Shown piece after piece: positions 53,165 through 64,000 of a stretch of 64,000 bases of DNA (the stretch's first letter is position 1; every line of letters starts with the position of its first letter). The notes beneath the pieces were generated by a model. The model was not told the DNA's origin. It worked only from the letters and a program-made list of their open reading frames with translations, and did not search any database. The stretch is taken from NCBI RefSeq assembly GCF_006345805.1, contig NC_043001.1, positions 123,380,001 to 123,444,000 on the forward strand, read 5' to 3'. The position numbers were made by a program, and so were the translations under genes. This stretch comes from Octopus sinensis. Taxonomy: Eukaryota.

Positions 53165-53167
53165 TTA

Positions 53168-53219
<52 letters not shown>

Positions 53220-53310
53220 TATTATTATTGTTGTTGTTGTTGTTGTTTTTGTTGTTGTAGTAGTTGTTGTTGTTGTTGCTGTTGTTGTTGTTGTTATATT
53301 ATTATTATTA

Positions 53311-53348
<38 letters not shown>
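53165..53348. repeat. (TTA)n(TTG)n(TTA)n compound microsatellite
   Basis: Direct reading. Confidence 0.95.
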
Positions 53349-53349
<1 letters not shown>

Positions 53350-53543
53350 GTACCTACACACACATACACAGAATATCGCATTTACGCATATATTATATGC
53401 ATATATATATATATTTATATATATACATATATATATATATATGTGTGTGTGTGTATGTATGTGTATATATATATATATATGTATGTATATTTGTGTTTAT
53501 GTATACACATATTCACCTACGTTATTGTAATATCATATATGTT

Positions 53544-53581
<38 letters not shown>

Positions 53582-53715
53582 TCTCATAAACATGTATGTA
53601 ATTCATGTATGTGCATATATCTTTTGTATGTGGAGATAGGTGCAAACATATATGTATATACACGCACACATACAGATATACATATGTCCATATGAATGCA
53701 TATGCGCACACACAC

Positions 53716-53767
<52 letters not shown>

Positions 53768-54179
53768 TCATACACGTAACAGGTATTCATATACTAAATA
53801 TGTTACGTCTAAAATAATCTTTCCCGTTTTTTATGTCAAATCTCACACTTCATTAGGCACCTCGCTTCATGCGTTGAGTTCTTTGTTCACGTAAAATGCA
53901 GTCAAAGATCCGTTAATAAAATCACTGATGTTCACCTGTATTCCAGAAATAATTGCATTGTTGAGCCACTATGGAATATAACCATATTTCAATATGTTGT
54001 TTCACTCGTCAATCTCTATGCATATTCATTCACATCAAACGCATTGTTTTCCTATCCACGTTAACAAGGAGTGATGAAACGAAAGCCATAAAAATAATAA
54101 GAATAACAATATAAATATATAATAGGACCAACCCCACTATTAAAGTTATTGTTATTATTGTTATTATTATTATTACAGC

Positions 54180-54269
<90 letters not shown>

Positions 54270-54274
54270 CATTA

Positions 54275-54359
<85 letters not shown>

Positions 54360-54360
54360 G

Positions 54361-54588
54361 AGTGAGAGAGCAGTCCATGCCATCAAAGTAACACTGGGGT
54401 AAAATATACGAAGCCCAATATGCACATCATGACTACCCGTCTGATAAGGGTACACCAGGCACATGCATCACAACCATATGTGCGCGACATTGTGATCTCA
54501 TATCAAGATAAACAGAACATGACCTTGCAGGTGGGGCCCAGTTAGAAATTTCTTCAGGTCGAGTAGCCCATCCCGCTCAAAAGGTCCC
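54361..54588. mobile_element. Probable interspersed repeat fragment embedded in (ATT)n
   Basis: Sharp-edged higher-GC block between (ATT)n tracts; single copy in this window. Confidence 0.4.
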
Positions 54589-54687
54589 TTATTATTATTA
54601 TTATTATTATTATTATCATTATTATTATTATCATCATCATTATTATTATTATCATTATTATTATTATTATTATTATTAATATTATTA

Positions 54688-54740
<53 letters not shown>

Positions 54741-54930
54741 TCGTTAGCACCCCGGGCAATATGCTTAGTGGCATTCCGCCTGTCCTTATAGTCTGAGTTC
54801 AAAAATCCGCCGAGGTCGACTTCGGAGTTGATAACTTGGGTACCAGTGAGACATTGGAGTCGATGTAATCGACTTATCCACTCCACCACCACACCCAAAT
54901 GGCTACCCTTGTGGCAAAAATTTGAAGGCA
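54741..54930 (+). mobile_element. SINE group C, 5'-truncated, followed by (ATT)n
   Basis: tcgttagcaccccgggcaatatgcttag..ccgccgaggtcgacttc..ggagtcgatgtaatcgactt. Confidence 0.85.
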
Positions 54931-54954
54931 TTATTATTATTATTATTATTATTA

Positions 54955-55066
<112 letters not shown>

Positions 55067-56064
55067 GTAATCGATTTACCCCTTCCTCTAAACTGCTGGC
55101 CTTGTGCCATGACTTGGAGCCATTATTAAATCTTTCAGAGTAGGAGACTTCTCTCATAGCTGCCAATACCTCAAAATGTCAAATTGATAGAGTATTTTTG
55201 TGTTAAAATAATTCGTTGTTTCAGCAACTAAAAAATGAGGACATTGCCAAAGAAGCCTTCAGCATATTGAGTTGTAATTGTTCTGTCTAAAGTCCTAAGA
55301 CTCACGCTGCGACTGGTTACTCAGTTCCCAGAACAAGACCTCATACCTTGGCAGATTTAACTTCCTAGGCATTGCTGGAATTTACAGCTAGTGGAGTGGC
55401 GTAACGTAAATTGAAGTGTATAATCGATTGAGATAGTAACGCCAGCTGGGAATTTAAGCCTTCAGCGGACTGTCATCCCTCTGAAGAGGAAGTGTTGTGT
55501 TCTCAGTGCATATTTAGTCGATAGAAATTCCCCTCCTCTAATTAAGAGTAATTTTCATTAACGCTATTGGCCTTTCTCTTCATTAAAATATTAATTTCAA
55601 ATGACTAAAAATTCATTTTCAATTCAACATCTTAACTATGTGCTCTGCAAATATACAACGGAGGCGGGGAGTAAACCTTTGGCTGACTCTGTGAAAATTG
55701 GGGACATGTTTGAACTAATCCTATCATTAGACTGACACATCGATCGTAACTAATAAAGTAATCTATGAACGATATTTAACCGCTGACAGTGTTCAATATG
55801 CTCAATGAATCAATAGACGGTAGTCGGTACTATGATAAGAAATCAATACCAAAATGCAAAACGCGATGGAAATTGTTGACGTAGATTTTTACAACCGAAA
55901 AGCCTTCCTGCTCCTCATGATAAAACATGTTTTTACGGAAGATTGGAAACGAAGGATACAGCTTGCCTGGCAGTGACACTCGTTTACAAATACCACGTGA
56001 TGTCAAGGCTAGATGACACCGACATACAAACGCGCACATTTACATACATGCATACATACATACA

Positions 56065-56098
<34 letters not shown>

Positions 56099-56174
56099 CA
56101 TACATACATACACACACACAAATACACAACACACATGCACACAAACACACACATATGTACGCACACATATACAT

Positions 56175-56340
56175 ATACGACGAGTTTCTATCAGTTTGTC
56201 TCTACAAAATCTACGCACAAGTCTTTGATTGGCCTGGGGCTATAGTAGAAAACACTTGCCCAAGATGCCACGCAGTAGGATTCAGCCTAGAGACGTGTGG
56301 TTGGGAAGCAAAATTCCTATCACAAAGCCAAGCTTGCAGC
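56175..56340 (-). mobile_element. SINE group A, 5' half
   Basis: gggctatagtagaaaacacttgcccaagatgccacgcagtagg..gtgtggttgggaagc. Confidence 0.8.
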
Positions 56341-56815
56341 TATTGTATGTGTATAAATACGTATAAATATATGTATACGCACGCATGTCTGAGCGGGTAT
56401 CTACATGCATAAACGCACACACACACATTAATACACAACCATACATATATACATATCAAAATTCAGATTTCAAGTGGAAGAAATGCATATTGTGGACGAG
56501 CAAAAATTATGTGGCCGCCACAATGAGCATCATGATTTTCGCACTTCAGTAAGTGTGTCTACAGCATTTTTCATTTGTAAACTAATCTGCTGTTCATACA
56601 CTCTAACTTTTATTGCATTGAGTATATTTAAACAAAACGAAAATGAATAAAAATAGTAATATATATACATATATAAACACACACACACATATATGAGTAT
56701 ATATATATATATATATGTATATATACACAGAATATATATATATATATACATATATGCATATATATATATGAATCTATATATACATATATATATCCAGAAG
56801 CATATACATATATAA

Positions 56816-56861
<46 letters not shown>

Positions 56862-56864
56862 TCT

Positions 56865-56941
<77 letters not shown>

Positions 56942-56955
56942 TATATTATATTTAC

Positions 56956-56995
<40 letters not shown>

Positions 56996-57771
56996 CATGT
57001 GCATATATACATATATACATGCATATATATATATAGATACATATACGTATATACATACATACGCTTATAGATATATATACATATACATATATGCACACGC
57101 TTATATGTATATATGTATCTCTCTCTCTTTCTCTCTGTATATATATATATATATATATGCATTTAACTGAGACGTAATAACATACAACTGCTGATTTATA
57201 GTGTATTCTCTCTCCCTCCCACTCTCTCTTCCTCCCCCTCTCTCTCTGACTATGTCCGTCTGTCTATCTGTCTGTCTGTCTGTCTGTCTGTCTCTCCCTA
57301 TATATATATATATCGAGGAGGACAGCACATATTTAAACACACCACACACTACACGCTATACGTCGTACTGCACTTCTTATCATGGATGTTGTATCCTGTG
57401 ATGCATGCGAGAACATCTTGTGAGCGGTCAACCAAATCATATTGGATTGATCATTAAAACGAAGTGATATGTTGTCGAGTGAAAAGTGTGTGAGTGCTGA
57501 ATTCCACGATCGATAGCTTGTCAGAGATTACAGGAATGTAATCGTTAATCCTACTGATATATTTGAGGAATACATGTCTATTAAAACATAAGCTTATTAC
57601 TTCCCTCGTATTCAGAGAACTATTCTGTATGACAATGCAATGTGCATGTAATCCTGAAGAATATGAGGGAGATGAGTTGGTGAGCTGATTTGTTCTGTCT
57701 TTAGATTATATATGTATATATATATATATATACAGGAATTAAAGAAAGGATGGGAGAGGAAGGACAGCCGA

Positions 57772-57906
57772 CAATTGATGAAGGGTCGTTCTTTATGTTA
57801 CGTGTCTTTTTTTCCACTTGTTTTTTCTCTCGTTGTTTGCGTACCCACTTTGTTTTCGTATTTCATGTTTTTTACGTTTTGTGGCGTCCTGTAGCCATAT
57901 ATGCCT
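57772..57906 (+). repeat. Family E, copy 3
   Basis: ttgatgaagggtcgttctttatgttacgtgtc..gcgtcctgtagccatatatgc. Confidence 0.6.
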
Positions 57907-57914
57907 ATATATAC

Positions 57915-58002
<88 letters not shown>

Positions 58003-58140
58003 TATTATATATATATATTTATATATAGACACACACACACATATATATATATACATATATTTGTATGTACATATATGTATGTATATATGCATATATATAT
58101 AATATATGCTATTTATATTATATAATATATATATATATAA

Positions 58141-58208
<68 letters not shown>

Positions 58209-59635
58209 GTGTAACTGTTTACTTTCTACTTAAAGATTTAGAACAGGATGAGGAGAGAAGCTGTTGCAGCACACTTGTCGCAGACGTGTGCCACTTTGCA
58301 TGACGAAATCTAACGCTTGGGTAACTACAAGAAATATTTGTACTGACGTTCACCATTGGCTTCTTGTCGCTAAGAGCATGTATGATGAAAGAGGTGATAC
58401 AAAGCAATGTGCGGCCATGTTGGGGGGGGGGGTAAATCTCAACATCCACGTGCTGATATTCACCAAATATCATTAAGGGAATGAAGAATTTCACCAGAGG
58501 TGTAGGTATCAAGAGGTTATTTTGATGGAAAGAGGTGGAAAACTAAACTACAAAATAGAAGGTGAAGACAATACGCAAAGGAGAAAGACATGGCTGTAAA
58601 TATTGCTTATTCAAGAACATCACTGGCTCCGAGGATAGCTGAAGAAAACAGAATTTATTTTTTAGAGGCACCAGCTGTGAAATTCCTAAAGAGAGACGGG
58701 TTTCCTACACTTGCAGAGATCATGTCAGAGGCTCTGAAAAACCACTGCTGAGGTAAAATGGAGTATATAGAGCGATATAACAAAAAGTTGGAGTATACGA
58801 CAAAGTAGGTGGCGGTAAGAATAAAAACGAAAGGGCCCAGTTTCAAGACAAGTCGGTTATTAGAAAATCACTGCGGAACGGTAAGTGTTCACACATAGAT
58901 TCTAACATTGACGGTTGTCCGAATCTTTATCGGGAATCTGGTAATCTAAAACAAATACTGGAGGGGAACAATAAAAACAATATGTATAAGGCCGACATGC
59001 GTTCGGCGTGCATACGAACCTCTGGTGAAGCGATTTTCCCCTCCCTCCAAATTTACACGATCACAGTACATCCGTTAGAGTTGTTATATCTAAACAAATA
59101 ACGCAGGAAGTTTGCCTTTCAACGACGAATATACATTAAATTTGATACACTGATGGAAATTAATACCGCTTCTATTGCATATAACAGAATCTGGTTTCTT
59201 TAGAGTGTATTCAATATTTTGAATTCTCCTTACATTTCTTGAAATCAGTTACAGTATAGTCGATGTTACTTATGTATGTATGTATGTATGTATGTATGTA
59301 TGTATGTATGTATGTATTTATGTATGTATGTATGTATGCATGTATGTATGTATGTATGCATGTATGTATGTATGTATGTATGTATGTATGTATGCCTTTC
59401 TTTACGTACCTATTTGCCTCCTCCCTTCCTTCCTCCCGTCCTTCCTTCCTTTCTTCCTTCTTTCCTATCTGTTTATCAACCAAGCAATCTACATACCTGT
59501 GTAGGCAGCATTTATCTCTTCATCTTTCTATATATCAATATACTTGTCTCCCTACCTCCCTTTCTCCTCCTTCCTCCATTTCTCCCCCTCCCTCCCCACT
59601 TCCCTCCATACCTACCTACCTACCTATTTACTTCC

Positions 59636-59703
<68 letters not shown>

Positions 59704-59704
59704 A

Positions 59705-59764
<60 letters not shown>

Positions 59765-60311
59765 CATCCATCTATCTATCTTATTACTTTACTCTGTTTT
59801 CAATCTGTTGTGATTAAGAAATCTTGATTAGTTTACGATTAGCGTTGCGATAATTATTATTCCGCAGTCTTTATATTAACGTACATAACCTTATTTGTTA
59901 TCTGGAGTTGAAAAAGCGGCTTTGAATGCTTTCTCCTTTATACTAATATTCTCATTCAGTAGTTCGTAGATTTATATATAATCTATATGTATTCATTATA
60001 TATTTGCATCATCACAGAAGTTATCAATACACTCTGTTTCCTCAATCACTATTTCTGTCTTCCTCTCTCTCATCATTTCGCATATCTTCATATTCTTATA
60101 TATTTCTGTTTCTGTGTGATCATCTGGTCTCCGTTTTCTCTTTTACTCCGCCTGTCTCTCTTGCTATAACAACCAGGCATGTTTTCACTGTCCTTGTACA
60201 CCACTTCCTCTTCTTCTTAATATCTATATATCGACTCTCCGTTTCTTTCAGCTCAATACTTAATGTCAAATAATATTTACAGATATATCTGCGCATGAAA
60301 TATGTAAGTAT

Positions 60312-60350
<39 letters not shown>

Positions 60351-60359
60351 CGTGCGTGC

Positions 60360-60397
<38 letters not shown>

Positions 60398-60892
60398 ATG
60401 CGTGCGTGTGTATGGTTATATATAATATATATGTATGTGTGTTTTCAAAATAAATCGAACACATACACAAGATGTATGTTGTTAGTTCGTGGGTCGGTGG
60501 CGCTTTTAGGCGTGAGAAAATATATTCTTAATGCCCCTAGTGTTAAAAGACTTGAAAGAAAGTCAAAGGTAAGCGAGATAATTTACATCAGATCCCTTCT
60601 CAGAGAGAAAGACATCGATATTTCTTCTTTGTTGCGAATTTTCAATGACTCGTACCGAACAAGGCCTGCTGCAAACTATGTCGTCGAATATGGCCCTATG
60701 CTAAATAGTTTGAAAACCATCCGCTGACATGTCCCAACGTTTCATGCCACGGAAAAAAATTCAAATTTGAATTAGAAGGAGCTTGAGGTATATGCACAAA
60801 ATCGATCACACATACACAGGCTGTGTGTGCTATTAGTTTGTGGATTGGGTGCATTTTTAGGCGTTAGAGAATATATTCTCAATGCGCCTGGT

Positions 60893-61217
60893 ATTTTATT
60901 TGTTTCAGTCATTTGACTACTTATTCCATCAGTTTCTTTTGCTGAACCGCTACGTTACGGGCACGTAAACACACCAACATCGGTTGTGAAGCAATGGTGG
61001 GTGACGGGACAAACACAGACACACAAATATACGCACACACACATCTATATATATACGACGGGCTTCTTCCAGTTTCCGTCTACCAAATCCATTCACAAGG
61101 CTTTGTCCGGCCCGAGGCTAGAGTAAGAGACTTGCCCAAAGTGCCACGCAGTGGGACAGAACCCGGAACTATGTGGTTGGTAAGCAAGTTACTTACCACA
61201 CAGCAACTCTTGCGCCT
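60893..61217 (-). mobile_element. SINE group A with internal deletion in the 3' part
   Basis: Homology to 41241-41699; catttgact joined directly to acttattcc. Confidence 0.9.
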
Positions 61218-62084
61218 ATGTATGAAACAGTAAATATCACCATTGAAACAGTAATGAGACAAAGAATCAAGGGATTATATTCTATGCATATTCAACCCTG
61301 TAGTGGAGAAATTTGTAATTTGGTGGTGATGGCTAATTTGTCTTCACCTGAATGCAGCTTTCAGTTACTATTCCCTACAAAATCTCGGAAGAAATATATT
61401 AGCAGGTTTAATTGACGTAATATGCGTGAAATTTAATTAAAATCTTGAGCCAATTGTCTAACTGTTAAGCGAATACAGAAGCCTATCAGACATTTTCTGC
61501 ATTCTTCTTGGTTTTCCTTTCAAAGTTGATTTAATAAATGGGCAGTTGGAGGAGATGAACAATTCCTTTAGATACAGACACATACACACACACGCACATG
61601 TACACACACATACATGCACATAATCGCGCACGCAAACACACACCAACACACATTCTTATAGTTTACACAGTGTAGTTGTCTGTTTTACTCCTGTTTCGCC
61701 TAAAACATGAGTGCTCTCTATACATACAGTGTGTAGAAAGACTTTCATTATACAAGGTGCGTAAGATATTTGAGGACAGATTTATGTTTATAAAAAAGCA
61801 GGATATATAATATCAGATAATAACTTATCAAAAATTTATCAAAAATGCTATGAGGATAAAAATAAACCTTCTTTTGTATAATGTTATTAAATAAAGCCAC
61901 CTTCAGCTTCAGTAACTGCTTCTATATCAGATCTAAATCATCTAAATGGTCGAATCAAGTGTTCCTTGCCTTTCTTGTCTACAACCACTTCCTTCCGGTC
62001 AATTCACAATGTGCAACCGTCAATCCAGACACATTTTTTCTCTATCCGTTTTTAATCTGCCCTCTTTCTGTTTCATCTCCCCAT

Positions 62085-62200
62085 TCCTTCCTGTAGAAGA
62101 GCGTAGGCTCGAAACATCAGACTCTTCCATATTTCCTGAGCCTCAAGCTAACACACCTTGCTTATTGTTCCTTCATCTGTCTCCTTCATTTTGTATAAAT
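62085..62200 (+). mobile_element. PLE-like family D, copy 2, with decayed hammerhead-like motif
   Basis: ctgtagaagagcgtaggctcgaaacatc..tcctgagc..ctaacac homologous to the minus strand of 4545-4680. Confidence 0.55.
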
Positions 62201-62290
62201 TTGAAACACACGCACGCAGATATATAAAAAACATGCAACACACACGCACACACACACACAAACACATATATATATACACGTACGTATACA

Positions 62291-62491
62291 TATTGATCTC
62301 AAATTTGAGTACAAGGCCAGTAAGTTCGGGAGAGTGGTGAAGTTGCCTTCATCGACCACAAAGATTAACTGATACTTATCTTATCGACCCTGAAAGGATA
62401 GAAAGCAAAGTCGATCTCCGTGGAATTTGAACCCACAACGTAAAGACGGACGAAATGCCCAGAGTGCTAAGGATTCTGCCAGCTTGCCGCC
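62291..62491 (-). mobile_element. SINE group C
   Basis: atcgaccctgaaaggatagaaagcaaagtcgatctccgtggaatttgaac..gattctgccagcttgcc. Confidence 0.9.
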
Positions 62492-62708
62492 TTTGTGTAC
62501 ATAAATATATTACTTACAGTTACTATCGTATCATGATATACGCTATTCGCTCTAAACAGAAAGAAATGTAAGATGATATGCATGAGTCTACCGATATCAT
62601 TTTTGTACCGATCGATACACATCGAATATGAACGGTTTATTAAGAAATGGGTAGGAATATAATTAGTTTTATGTTTCACTTCGCCTACTTCATATCTCTC
62701 TCCCCCTC

Positions 62709-62871
<163 letters not shown>

Positions 62872-63219
62872 CACTTTCTGTTTCTCACCCCTCTTTTTCT
62901 CTACTCTTAATGCTTTTCTCTTTCCATCGAATTCTCTTTTCCTCTTTCATACTAGATTTCATTCATCTTCTGATCTTCCAAGAGATAATCGTTTATCATC
63001 AGAAGAGATATACACACAATAAGCGCGCGTACACACACACAAATACATATGCAAGCACACACATACACGCTTACGTGTGTAACACCCGTATATGCATATT
63101 TACGTATATATGTGAGTATGTACGTGTGTCTGTGTGTGTATATGTGTGGCTGTGTGTGAATGTTTGTGTGAATGTGTGTGTGAGTTTGTGGTGTGTGTGT
63201 GTGTGTGTGTGGACGCATG

Positions 63220-63259
<40 letters not shown>

Positions 63260-63331
63260 GTCTATGAAAAGACACTCACGCACGTGTTCGCACGCTTGTA
63301 CACACACAGACACTCATATATACATATATAA

Positions 63332-63417
<86 letters not shown>

Positions 63418-63468
63418 CATATATATATACATATATTCATGTATATTCACACACACATACATATGTAT

Positions 63469-63510
<42 letters not shown>

Positions 63511-63892
63511 CTCAATTTTATTAGTGGTTTACCACCATTTTCAATATACCATGCAGTAAAGATTATGATAAGTGTCATTTGCATTAGTTTGATAACGAAA
63601 CATACACGTAATACACTACAACAATACAGAGTATAATCAACGCAATTCTCTGGTTGCTAAACACAGAGGATTCTTTTTGTACCAGGGAGGATAGTTAATC
63701 TTCAAAATGTGACCTTCTATCTTGGCCTTTTAATGCCCAAACAATAGGTTCTCCCGGCTATAATGGCATATTATGTTAACTAACCGATTTGCGATATTGG
63801 CATCGTTCTCTGGTATATATACAAATATGTCATCTGCCCCCTTTTTTAACATTGCACTTCATTTCAAAAGCAAAGTAAATCAGATAAGCATA

Positions 63893-63908
63893 TCTATCTA
63901 TCTATCTG

Positions 63909-63993
<85 letters not shown>

Positions 63994-64000
63994 ATATCTA
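63893..64000. repeat. (TCTA)n microsatellite running to the window end
   Basis: Direct reading. Confidence 0.95.

Noticed and set aside
58240-59000. Purine-rich, higher-GC block, possibly a decayed retroelement
   Set aside because: No frame gave diagnostic motifs; left unannotated.

Overview
A 64-kb AT-rich, extremely microsatellite-dense eukaryotic non-coding window with one 100-N scaffold gap (7748-7847). The SINE families and repeat landscape point to an octopus (coleoid cephalopod) genome; this is inference from recognised sequence style, not a database hit. I found no credible host protein-coding exon. Almost all ORFs in the supplied track are translations of (TA)n, (CA)n, (TACA)n, (TCTA)n and (ATT)n repeats or of SINEs. 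The window is a mosaic of about 35 tRNA-derived SINE copies in three head types with mix-and-match bodies and tails. It also holds two decayed RTE-clade LINE 3' ends, an internally deleted mariner, a non-autonomous Helitron with intact termini, a piggyBac-like MITE, two near-loopless fold-back elements beside (TA)n tracts, and local duplications. The most interesting signal is a set of hammerhead-ribozyme folds in short (TA)n-adjacent repeats. One is a near-complete type I hammerhead at 51662-51722 (+). Another is a minimal Penelope-type hammerhead with an unusual CUGUUGA core at 4639-4676 (-), whose decayed second copy at about 62091 has the same U6 variant. These suggest Penelope-like or retrozyme-like self-cleaving elements; catalytic activity is untested inference.
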